A stretch of 63,893 bases of DNA, filler included, from Pelomyxa schiedti (taxonomy: Eukaryota > Protista > Evosea): the NCBI GenBank assembly GCA_020536535.1. It is 5 parts of 5 records of this genome, joined end to end, with 100 filler letters (N's around TTAATTAATTAA, not from the genome) between each part and the next. Parts side by side here need not be neighbours in the genome. Positions count along the whole stretch, not along the records: positions 1 to 15,410 come from JAHLWZ010000477.1; positions 15,511 to 43,299 come from JAHLWZ010001027.1; 3 more parts are not named here. One strand, written 5' to 3'. The position numbers and the translations under genes were made by a program. A model generated the notes under the pieces. It was given only the letters and a program-made list of their open reading frames with translations, made no database searches and was not told where the DNA came from. Shown here piece by piece: positions 13,179 through 24,640 of this stretch (position 1 is the stretch's first letter; each line of letters starts with the position of its first letter).

Positions 13179-15410
13179 TCGCGAAATAATCCCTCCCGCG
13201 GGCTTTTCGGTGGGTACCCCANNNNNNNNNNNNNNNNNNNNNNNNNNNNNNNNNNNNNNNNNNNNNNNNNNNNNNNNNNNNNNNNNNNNNNNNNNNNNNN
13301 NNNNNNNNNNNNNNNNNNNNNTATGTGGAGTTCTACAAACCGTCTCAGTGAAGAAGTTAAAAACAATGGAAAGTCCACACTTGGCGTCGTCCTGATATAC
13401 AGAAAGAATGTGCGGGTCTCATCAGTGGTATGTGTGTGTCTAGCGATCTGGGCGATTGTGTACATAGTGCTCGTCCTGTTTTTGTTCCAGTGCCACAGCC
13501 CAAATTGAAAGGCCACGCCATCTTGAACAAACAGCGTGAAGTGGCCGCGCTCCTTTTTCCCTGGCAGCCAATTCTCCAGTTGAGTTTGAACAAACTAAAG
13601 GTGTGAGTTCCATAAATGAGGAAAATTTGCAAACATTATGGGATATCTTATCCATATCATTACTCAACGGAGGCAGTGGTTTGAGCTCAGAAATCATTTC
13701 TTGGTCGTCATCTGTTTTGTGGTGTTTGATTACTGATGGAGTTAAATGCAATTAAATGAAACCTTTATTGTGCTCCTTGACAGTGTGTGCTGTGGACTTT
13801 TGCTTCGGCTGACGTACAGTCTTTTTGTTTCTTGGCAATATACGCTCTGTATCTAAATCAAGAAGCTCCCCTGTTTCGTTAAAAGTTAACTGTGTCTCGT
13901 CTTGAAGCAAACCTCGCGCCGCTGCATCGAGAAAGGTAAGCGGAACAATAGGAATTTTATAGTTCTGTTGTGCAATTACAATTGATAACGCGGCCAAAAC
14001 AAATTAAAATAAAACCAAACAAAGATACGAAAGAACACAAAACATAGCAAACAAACACAAACGTACCAATGCCTGGGCTAGGGCCACAGTAGGAGCGTTC
14101 AAAGCGCTTTCCGACGAAATGACTAGGCGAGTCTTTCGTTGTTTTAGAACGGCCACAGAAGAGCGTGAATGCCGAAAACACGCCTTTTTAGTGACGAAGC
14201 CGCAGTTAGCGCCAAGATCCTTCAGTGTTTTCTTAACGTCCTTGTGTCTGCGACCCACGGCTCCGCACACCGCCACCTGCCACCCATTCAACAACTTCCC
14301 TCCACCCCCCTCGGCCTCCGACTCCGACGACGAGTCTGATGACGACGACGACGACAAGAGCTCCTCATCTTCGTCGTTGTCGTTGTCGTGTCGTGCACGT
14401 TTGTTAGGTGTTCTGTTCGTGTTTTTGTGTGTCACTGCTGCCTGTGGCTTGGTTTTTTCTTTCTTGGGGTGATTGCTGACCTCNNNNNNNNNNNNNNNNN
14501 NNNNNNNNNNNNNNNNNNNNNNNNNNNNNNNNNNNNNNNNNNNNNNNNNNNNNNNNNNNNNNNNNNNNNNNNNNNNNNNNNNNTCCCTTTTGTTGGTTTT
14601 TCTGCTGGTTCCTTGTGATCACCCTTGCTGCTACTATCTGTCTTCTTTGACTTTGCTGGTGTTTTTCGTGCTGCACTCTTTCTGGGTCTTTTAGCATCAC
14701 CAGGTGAATAGTCACTCTCTGAAGATGATGATGATGAAGAGGACCCGGAACTGGCATCACTGCCGGATTTTCTCTTCCTAATAGTGTAAGAATAAGAAAA
14801 CCTAAATTGAGTGAGAATTACCTCTTAGCGGGAAGAGATTTTGGTGTTTTCCTGAATAGATAGTGAGAGGAGTAAACGTAAAAAAAAGGAAAAGATACAT
14901 TGGGGAAAGTTCTTCCAGTCGAAGTTGCTTCTGCTGTGGGGAGAATAATGTTAGGTATTAGCCGGAGGAAGAAAAAGTTGCAAGGAGTGGCGTTTCACAC
15001 CTTCTTGCCGGTTGTTGATTTCTTGGAACTGGAGGGTGAGCCGGGGCCGCGTTTGGATGGAGTCTGGGGGTTGAATATTTGCTGTTGTTGGCGTGTAGTG
15101 GGTGCAGGAATGGCAATTTGGCCAAGAACAGTTGAATCCTGATTGTTGAGGAACAAACAAGTTAGGGGGAAGCGGTGCGATGGGGAGAGAGTGGAGGAGT
15201 GAGTGAGTACCAGTGATTTGTCCACTGAAACTGGCTTCTTGAAGTAAAGAGTGTCGAGGAATATGTTTTTGACATTCGCACTTGCCACGGAGTTGCTGGG
15301 AGCAGCAGACACACTTCCGCGGAGAGTTCCAGATTTTTGAGTCAACAACTGCTCGCATATTTGGGCAACCATGTGGAGATTCTTCAAGAAGACTTGTGAG
15401 ATTCTGTTCC
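13101..15410. repeat. Second copy of the block at 1-2181 (SART1 5' end, BRCT-WGR, PDS5 3' end)
   Basis: 13101-13221 = 1-121; 13322-13442 = 519-639; about 14584-15410 matches about 1356-2181 with SNPs and small indels. Confidence 0.95.
13322..14483 (-). CDS. BRCT-WGR protein, 5' exons (copy 2; the start lies in the N gap)
   Basis: LLNGWQVAVCGAVGRRHKDVKKTLKDLGANCGFVTKK|TRLVISS...|YKIPIVPLTFLDA is BRCT-like, followed by WGR-like TSTMYTIAQIA...FFLYIRTT. Confidence 0.6.
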
Positions 15411-15510
15411 NNNNNNNNNNNNNNNNNNNNNNNNNNNNNNNNNNNNNNNNNNNNTTAATTAATTAANNNNNNNNNNNNNNNNNNNNNNNNNNNNNNNNNN
15501 NNNNNNNNNN
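15411..15510. other. Artificial scaffold linker N44-TTAATTAATTAA-N44 (also 43300-43399, 44762-44861, 48726-48825)
   Basis: Identical 100-bp spacer carrying stop codons in all six frames, present four times. Confidence 0.97.
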
Positions 15511-15875
15511 AAAACTAGAACACAGAAATGGGGGAAAAAGCGAACCTGTGTTGCCCACAACAACCAGCAGAGGATGAGAATGAACTGGGAAAGGTGACTT
15601 GATGTGTTCGTCATGGTGCACTGCAGCACAAGAAAAAGGGTGTAAAAAAAATTAATTCTTTCCTGTGACAGTGGACAGTGTGTCGAACACTTTTTCAGCT
15701 TAGGAAGAGTGTTCAAAGTACTTTTTCTGGTAAGGCCACCCCGTCGGTTTTTATCAAATGATCCATTTCGTTCTGCAAACATTGTTTCGGGCTTCCGCAG
15801 CGTTATTTTAACCACCGGTTTTTTTCGGGATGTGAATTGTGGGTCCCAATATTTTTTTGGAACCTTGGGTTTTTC

Positions 15876-17718
15876 TCAGTGGGATGCTGACGCAGTGCGA
15901 GAGGTTGTAGGTTGGAAGAGGAATTGCCGTAAATCAGCAGGAACATGAAGCGGTAGGATCAGGTTGTTGCTGCGGATTGCGGCACTGTTCTTGTTGCTGC
16001 TAGTATTACTGTTGCCGGAGGGAGATAGGGAATGTGCAGCGGTAGGAGGGGAGTTGATGATTGTTGGCTTGCTTGAAGAAATTGCCGGGGTTTGGGTTGC
16101 GGGTGCGGGTGCGGGTGCGGATGCGGTTTGTGTTGTGTTGTTTGTGTTGGAGGCTGTGCACACACCGCAGCGGCACATGGAGTGTGATGGGAGGGTGTTG
16201 TGGTCTGTGTGTTTGTAGCGCTTGTTGGGCCGTGGCTGCAGTGATTCGGTGAGGAAGTGGTGGGGGTTGTTGAACAAGGCACTGCTACTGGGGGTAGTTG
16301 TATAATTATAGAGTAAGCTGGTGGCAGTGTTTTGATGTGGCGGTGGCGGTGGGTTGGTGTGGCTTCCGATGTTGTATTGGGACCGGAGTTCGCGGGTATT
16401 GACTTGGGCTTGGGGTGGGGATGTACTGAGTTTGGGAATTACGTAGAAAGGAGGAATGACAGAACTGGATGGGGTAGTGCTTCCGGTAGTTGTGCTGCTT
16501 GGGTTTGTGTTATGACTTGGTGTTTGCTGAAAAGAAGGGTTATGGAGATTGGTAAGTGGTGGATGGTCTTTGGGTGGTTGTGTGTCTGTCTGCTGCTGCG
16601 AAGTGCGTGGCTGGAAAAGCTGCGAAGATGCGTCTTCTGGTAGGTGTATCACAATCGGGAGGGTGAACGGCAAGTTGAAGACATTGCGAGACTCCGTTTC
16701 TCCAGGTTTTAGAAAAGAGGGAATGGGAAGTGGAGAGGGCGGCGTTGAAGGGTCAGGTGCGGGGGATAAGTCTTGATTTTGTGGTGGTGAGTTGTTGGGT
16801 GCTTGGTTCACAGGTTGAGAAGAGGTGGGCGTTCGCGGCGGGGTTGAAAGAGATAACGGCAAAGGCTGAATGTTAGAATCATCTTGGCTTTGACTGCACA
16901 TTGTTTCTTCATTAGCCTTGTGTGAATCAGGTTGAGTTGTGGAAAGGACTTGGCGGCAATCCATTGTCTGAGCAGTTTCAGGTTGAGCTTGGAGCTGCGT
17001 GCCCTCTTGGCTCTGTGCCAGCTTTTTAAACCTCCCAGTGGCGTCCCTGACGCGGCCAACAGCCAGCATGTGCCTGGATTTGTGTTTGAAGGGCTTTATG
17101 ATCAATATACAAATGAGCACAACCACATGTTAATATAATATATAGCGCATACAATATGAAATGAGTGCGCAATTTAGTATTCCAGCGAAATGTGAGTAGT
17201 ATTATGCACAACCACTGACAGCCAATAATTTGGTAGGTAGGTACCTTTTTCACTGATGGCCTTGCACTACTGCTACTAGTGGTACTAGTGCTCTTCTTGT
17301 CTCGGTGGTGGTGTGTTGTGTTGGTCCCATCATCCCCGCACGCCTGCGCCCCCCTCGTCTCTGTATTAGTATTCGTGCACGTCACCGTTTCCGCTGCGAT
17401 TGTTGTTGCTGTTGTAGCTACAACCTCGCTGTTGTTGTTGTTGGTGGCGGTGGTGGTGGTGGTGACCACGTCAGCGCCTGCTGCTGCTGCTGCTGCTGCA
17501 GTTGTGCCACCACCACCACACGACGACGGCGACGACGAGGAGGCGGTGGCGGCGGCTGCTACGGTTGCGAGGTAGCGTGCGCGACAGCGCCTCGTGGCGC
17601 GGCGCTTGAGTATCCTGGCGTACTGCTTGGGGTTCACCAGCATCACGCAACCAACACCACCACCCGCCGCTGCCCCCGTGCCGGTGCCTAGGGGGGGTGC
17701 TGTCATTGGCGATGTCAT
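15876..17718 (-). CDS. NFYA: NF-YA/HAP2-like CCAAT-binding subunit, divergent (2 exons)
   Basis: LVNPKQYARILKRRATR matches the subunit-association helix VNAKQYHRILKRR; KK|PFKHKSRHMLAVGRVRDATGRF matches the DNA-binding KPYLHESRH.HAM.R.RG.GGRF. Confidence 0.8.
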
Positions 17719-17786
17719 TATGGGCTTCTGGGTCTACACTTTTTTGTTTTTGGTTTTGGTTTTGGTTTTGGTTTTGGTTTTGGTTT

Positions 17787-19388
17787 TCACATAAGTGGTG
17801 GCATTGTGTTTGTGATGGGTAGGTAGTGTACAGTTTGATGGTGGAGTGAATCAATACCATGAGGAGGGGGGGCTGTTCAGCACCAGGAAGTGAATGACTT
17901 GGCTTGGTCCAGGAGTGACTGCAATTCCGAGCATTCCTCACGAGAACATGTGTTGTTCTTTATGAAGCTGGCCCGTGAGTCCATTGCTGTGGTGATTTGT
18001 TGTGCAATGCCACTCATACGGCTGCTGGCGGGTTTGTCCTGTTGTATTCATGAGTAAAGGGAATATATATTGATCCGAAACCTTGATTCCTGCTGCAACA
18101 AGTTCAAAGGACTTGCGCACATTTTCCTTCAGTCTGGCAACTTCGGAATCCTGCACAGTGCCGGTCGTCTCAAATTCCTGGGGAAATGTGAGAAAGTACA
18201 AATATCAACTTCAAACTCACTTTGAATTTTGTAATGACAGAATTGGTGCAGAACTCAACCTCACTTCGGGCAGATGCTGGTTCCATAGCAAGAACACCAA
18301 TGGTCTCTGTAGAAATCTGGAAATTGGAATGAGATAATAGACGTTACAATAATAACTACCCTGGACAAGAGCTCATGTGCATCTGGACATAGCTGGCCCA
18401 AAGCTTCGTATGAGGCAGATGAAGACTTCAGCGTGCTGAAGATATATTTGGCTTAACTCTTCACTAATTGAACAAAGACATACTAACCTTACGAATTTTT
18501 CGTAGTTTTCCAGCTAATGATGCAGTCAGGCTGGAAATACGAACAATACAATAAAAAGAATACCGATAATGGTGACCTTATGAGAGCAAGCAAACTGGTA
18601 CAGAACTTCAAGGTTTCAAACCCACCAGCAGCAACACGCTCATAAACGATTCCCCGTTTGGATTTGTCATTGTATGTATTGCTCTTCACTATTCCAACTA
18701 ATTGCACACCGAGTTCTAAAATCTAGTGGGAAAATGGTCGGCAAAGGTCAGGTCGGCTGAGAGATAATTCACCTTTCTGGACTTGTCAATAACATTTTTT
18801 AAAAACGGCTCAGCAACACCCCAAGAAGAAGGCCCATCTGAGAAAGCATTACGATAACTAACAAAATTAAGTGGAAAGGGAAATTAAGTTGTCAGTACCT
18901 CTGTAAAGCTACAAGTACCCTCAGGCACTCGATCCACTTTTCTGCATCTGGTAATGTTTCCGCAGAAACTAGCTTCAATAAATAAGTGCATATGTAAGCT
19001 GAGCAAAGGTGGTGGCGAAATACCAAAGTCCTTGCAGGACAAACAATGGCAAACATATTTGGTTTGGGACCCCCAGGTCTTTCCTCTATACTCGTAATAT
19101 CTGATAGCATAATAAATCCCTTGGAAGATACATCCTGGTTTTTCCAGTGCAGCAGTGAGTCTCTCAAACAAACTCACACACCAAAAAAATCAAAAAAATA
19201 CCAAACCTTTTCCCCAGAGAAATAATACAACACGTTAGCTTGTGCCACAAAGAGTCTGCGTTTCCACGACTTGACATTCCTTCCCTGCTTCACCAAATAC
19301 CCCTCGATAATCGATCCAAACGACGCCTGCGTGTAGTTATAATGGGAGGAACAACAACGAAGGAAAAAAAGTATCACGAACCAACCAT
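17787..19388 (-). CDS. PH-domain protein (multi-exon; ends approximate)
   Basis: IIEGYLVKQGRNVKSWKRRLFV...LYYF, KGFIMLSDI, NMFAIVCPART, LVSAETLPDAEKWIECL form a canonical PH domain. Confidence 0.8.
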
Positions 19389-19658
19389 CAAAACGAAACG
19401 CCGCGTGTCACCGAAGGTAAAATAAAATACGGTGATCAGTACAAGAAATGAGTGTTCTCATTCTGCTTCAAGGTAATGTCAAGAGAAATGTTGTTGCAAC
19501 ATCATTACACTACACTGCCCCTTGTGGAGTCAAATGTTGTCGAGGTCGGCTCCAGGAGGCATGATTATGGGTTGGAAGAAAATGGTTGATGGGTACATCA
19601 ACAAAAAGGGGTGTTGCCTTGCACAATATTAGTAGTTACAGTTGAGGAACTCTTCAGC

Positions 19659-21993
19659 CTAAATGAGAGGGAAGATGTTGTCCATAAATAACACCATGGG
19701 GAGTTGGCCCCAGGAGGTATGAGAACCACAGCGGGGGTGCTGGCACATCAAGATTGATAGTATTGTCTGCCTTCGTTGTATTTTCTGTAGTTCATGGTTA
19801 CTTGTGAAGTTTGTAGGGAAGGTATTATTTACAATAAGGAAGGATCCCAAGAACTTGGAAGAGGAACAATCACTGTCACTGAGTGCAACACCTCCATATT
19901 TTACAAGGAGCTCAATCAACGCTGCATGCCTGCATGGGTTGTTCTCACAGAAGGAGAAGAAACGGTTGTGAAGTAAATTGCACTTTCGGAGCACCTCTTG
20001 CATCAGTTTCGACTTGAGGTCATGTGGAATTCCGCGGCAGGTTGCGAAAACATAAGGAACCTCTATGTGTTCTGTGTGACTATTCATAGCAACCCTGACC
20101 ATGATTTCAAGAGTACCAAAGGAAGGCCTCATGCCAAGTAAACGTTCCACAACCTTAGCACATTGCGTGGTGTGTGCTCCAGAGCAGAGGGCAACGAAGG
20201 CGCGGTACCAGGAATCATTGACAGAGTTCTCTGTACTGTCAAATACCTTTGCTCCTGCATCAAGTAGGGTCTGGCACTTGACAACAGAGCAGTCAAGCAT
20301 TGCTGCTTGAAGTGGAAAGACAAGCTTCGCTCCAAAGGTAGAGCGCCACTTCTCCGTTTTTGGGAGAAGTGGGTGAGTACAAGCAACATTCACTTCACCA
20401 CCCTGGTCGATGAGATACTTGAGCATTTCTGGAGTGGCACAAGCCGTGGCAATCAGAATTGCCTCGGGTGGGATTACAGAAAGCTTTCCTGCAATTGCAC
20501 TCACTAGTGAGAGGCGTTTGGAACCTAACTTACTTCCTAATAGCGCAAGCAACAGGTGACCTACGTGTACTTCAGGGCTGTAACTCAGCAAGATTTCAGC
20601 AATGTCCATCCTTCCGTTTTCCAGGGCTGAGTACAATGGAGTAACCTGTGCTCCATCAGAAAGAACACAGGCCTTGTTTATGTCGAGGCCACAGCCCACA
20701 AAAATGTCCACCATTGCCTTGACTGCCTTGAGATCAGAAGTTTCACCACAGATCAAGTGTGAAAGTCCAGAACAAGAAGCTGGGGCTGTGATTTCCACAC
20801 CCCTTTTTATCAGCACTTTCAAGATGTTTGCAGATTGAACTTTACAAGCTGATTCTACAGTTTTCCCAGTTGGATCAAGCTCGGGAAGAGGCCTTCCCAC
20901 TTTGTTCAGAAACCAGTCCAAGAACCCCACATCACAGTATCTCACTGCAGCTTCAGCATAATCATCAACCCCACAAGTTTTGTTCGGACCACAATTGCAA
21001 GTTTGAAACTCAAACGACTGCCTGTTGAGTGAAAGCAGATGCTCAACACAGGATACAGATCCCATTTCTGCATACTTCTTCACAAGCAGTGACAGTGCAT
21101 TGGCACAGGAACTCATTCACAACAGCCATCCTCTCCATAAGTACATTCACAATTGGCTGACACCTAGCCACAGCCTTGGGGCCCACCCTCCCCATAAACT
21201 TCAGAACGCACTCAGCTTCAATGTCAGTCTCCACAGCCACTGTGCACAGCATCCCAGTCAAGTCAGTACCAACGGTACCACCAAAACCACACTCAGCCCT
21301 TTTCAATCCCCCCAGAAGTACCTCCATACACCAACCACACCAGTCCCCACCATCCAAAGCAGCCAAGATAGCCCCAACCCATTCCTCCCTGAACCTGGCC
21401 CCAAACCCACTTCCTCCTTCCCTCATTATCCCCTCCATCAGCATCCCCAAGCACAGTGACCACTTGCACCCTCCTCCAGCCCCATTCCCATCAGCCGCCC
21501 TGCTGGCCTGTTCTGGCTGGTCCCTTCCACACAATGACCACATGAGGGTTCCCTCCTCCCTGGCCAGTATCTCCTCAGCATCGAGGCTCTGCAGTGCCCT
21601 CACTCTGTATGCCTGTGTCCAGCCCCTGCACTCGCCATTCCCACTGTTTATCATCATTGGGTGCTCAACTTCTATGTGACGCACACGTGCCTGGCAGTTT
21701 CTCACACAGGCCACACAGCATCCCTTGATGACCTCAGCCCAATGTGACTTGATAAAAGCCCTAGTATCCCTGTTGGTCATTGTGGCTTCTATGTTGATTA
21801 GCATTCATCATGTAGTCCTTGTTTTTTCTAGCTTTTTTATTTGCTTTTCGTTTATTATCATTATTATATTTACTGGTTCTTCAGGGTTCACACCCATAAT
21901 CCTGCGCAGCTGTGTTGCGTCGCCTCCGGTGCATACTCCAGATAACTGTTGCATCGTCGCCCCCAACGCCGTTGATGATGTTGATTGCCCCAT
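19659..21993 (-). pseudogene. Intronless ankyrin-repeat protein, paralog 1 (frameshifted), with C-terminal HPRCG motif
   Basis: TPLYSALENGRMDIAEILL, LIDQGGEVN, FPLQAA. The coding sequence is split over ORFs 21808-21993, 21043-21804 and 19659-21116, which are colinear with paralog 2. Confidence 0.75.
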
Positions 21994-22021
21994 TTTTCGC
22001 GTTTGTTGCTCTTACAAGAAA

Positions 22022-24463
22022 AACTACATTGAGGAAAAACTTGTGAGACGTCTCCACCAGGGTGTTCCTCCCATAATAGACCCCGGAGGTACCGGAGAAT
22101 GTCAGCATGCAATGCGGGGGGTAGGTCTTTCCACGCTGATTGGGAACCACATCGAGGGTGCTGGAACAGGCAAAAGGCAAGTGAAGTTTCTCGTTTCATT
22201 AGATTCTGAGGTTCTGGTCAGTACATCTTGTTGGTGTTTGAGTAGTTGTAGCAAAACTTACTGTGAAGAAATCTTTCATGTACAAGGGTGGCGGTCCTGC
22301 ATTGGTGACTGTGATTGCTCCATACTTGAAAAGTAATTCAAAAATCCTGGCATGCCTACAAGGATGGATGCTGTTCTTATCGAGTGTACCCCATACATGT
22401 GATTCCATAGAACGGCAACGGCTACTAGCAATGAGACCTGAGTTTTCAAACAGCTTATCAAATAACATACACATTCTAACCCACCTTGCAAACTGTGATC
22501 ACTATGACCTGCTAACAAGGTTTATAAAATCAAAGTGTGTCAGCCAAGATGCCAAAGAAGCATTGCTCAATATGGTCATGACTCAGTCCACAACTCCAAT
22601 TCCCTGCTTACTATGTGCCCCACGGCACAGCTCAACAAATGTACAATCCCAGGCAGACATGGCATGCACTCTGAGTGCATGAGACTCATAGACTTCAGGA
22701 ATGCAAGCACCAAAGCCAAGGAGCACCTCACACTCAGTGACTGAACAGTGTAACATGGCAGCTTGTAGAGGGAAGACAGCTCTGTCACCAAAGGTAGATA
22801 CCCATTTTGTGGATTTTGGTACCAAGCTGTGTGTGCAAGGTACATTCACTTCACCACCTTTATTCAGTAGGTACTCTAGTACTTCTGGGGTTGCACACAA
22901 TACAGCAAGGAGTACTGCCTCAGGTGGTATCTTTACTCGCAGGCGTTCAACAATGGTTGTGACAACCCCAAGGCACTCCTCACTTGCCTTACACCCAGCA
23001 ATTGCAAGCAAGAGGTCAAACAGCTTCAGCTCAGGGTTGTGCCTAAGAAGATACTCAGCAATACCCAATCTTCCATTTTCGAGTACAGATTGCAATGGCG
23101 TAAGTAGTACATTTTCCAACAAGACACTTGGTTTGTTTATGTCAAGGCCTGTGCTCAACAGAAGTTCCAGCACCTTCCGGACGTTGTCAAGGCTGGTCCA
23201 TTCACGGAGGACATGAGTCAATACAGAACAAATTCCCTGTGTTATCAAGTCAGGGCCCCTTGTTATTAACAGTTCCAAGCACTCAAAGGATTGGGCTTTG
23301 CAAGCTGCAGTCATTGACTTTCCATGTGGGTCAATATCAGATAGTTTCCCTCCGACTGTATTAAGAAACCATTCCAAGAACACAGGGTCTCCATAACTTG
23401 CAGCAGAAGCTGCATAATCGTCAATTGCACAACTCTTTATGGTGACAGGGGGATCATTCTGAAAGTGAAAGGAGTGATTGTTCAGATTCAACAGGTGTCC
23501 AGCACAGCCAGCCGATCCCATCACCAGGAACTTCTTCATTGCAATGCAGGCACTGGTCGTGCACTGAAAGAGGAACGCAGTGATTGCTTCCACCCTCTCC
23601 TTCAGCAGTTTAACAGTTGCCACATACTTAATCACTTCCTCTCTACTCCCCACTTCCTTCAAGTGCAGCTCCAGGCACTTTATTTCAGCCTCAGTTTCAA
23701 CTGCGGCTCTGCAGCACAGCTCAATCAAATCGCTGTCCATCAAAAATCTGTGGGAAGACAGCACAGCTCCCCCAGTCAACCACCTCAGAAGAACAGCAGA
23801 ACACCACCCACACCAAGAAGCACCACTCACTGCCAACCTTATTACCTGCACCCACTCTTTTTCCCACATTTCATAAGCCCAAGTTTTACCCCCAACAGCA
23901 GTCATTGTCTGCATTATAACAGCCAAGCACAATGAGGACGAACACCCAGCCCAATGTCCCATAACAGACCTTCTTACGTGCTGCTCCTCTCTCTCAAGTA
24001 TATTCTGGGGTTGCATCACCGTGGCCACCAATTTTTCCACCTCGTTGCACCGCAGTTGCAATGACGTAGTAATTCTTTCCCAGCAACTGCCCAGCGGCCC
24101 AAACTTGGTGCGTTCCACGCAACATTGCACGCACTCATAACAGCATCGGCCCACCAACTCCATCCCATGCCTACGTACAATCGCCTCGGTCCTATGCCCG
24201 ACTCTGCAATCGATCGCATCCAAATCCTTTGCCGATGAAGACGACGAAGAGAACTTTTCCCATGAAGCAATTGAATCCGCTGGTGCCGCCGATGATGCCC
24301 TCGGCGGGTTCTGCTGCAATTGTGGGATGCAGCCATATTCGGTTACGTCGAGTACGCGACACACGCCGGGGAATGACGCCGATCGCGATTCCCTCGAAAG
24401 TTGTTCAATTGCAGTGACTTCATCTTCCAGAGACGACGACGACGACGCTAGTTGTTGACCCAT
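22022..24463 (-). pseudogene. Intronless ankyrin-repeat protein, paralog 2 (stop and frameshifts in the 3' part), with C-terminal HPRCG motif
   Basis: 626-aa ORF (TPLQSVLENGRLGIAEYLL, LLNKGGEVNVPCTH) stops at 22583. Homology to paralog 1 continues in other ORFs (PCRHARIFELLFKYGA; FQHPRCGSQSAWKDLP). 3' end approximate. Confidence 0.75.
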
Positions 24464-24640
24464 GAACCCCCACGTTTCGTTCGTTCGTCACTCTCGTTTG
24501 TACGAAAAACGATCAAATCTGGTGAAGCGAAAACTGGGGTATTCGCAAGTGCACGAATCGCTGTGAACACAAAAAAATAAACAAAGGGGGAAAGGGCACC
24601 CTCGTGTATCACAACAATTAACAGTGTTGCATACCACGTT

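Noticed and set aside
15455-15466. TTAATTAATTAA palindrome recurring four times
   Set aside because: Flanked by exactly 44 N on each side; an artificial six-frame-stop linker, so neighbours across it are not syntenic.
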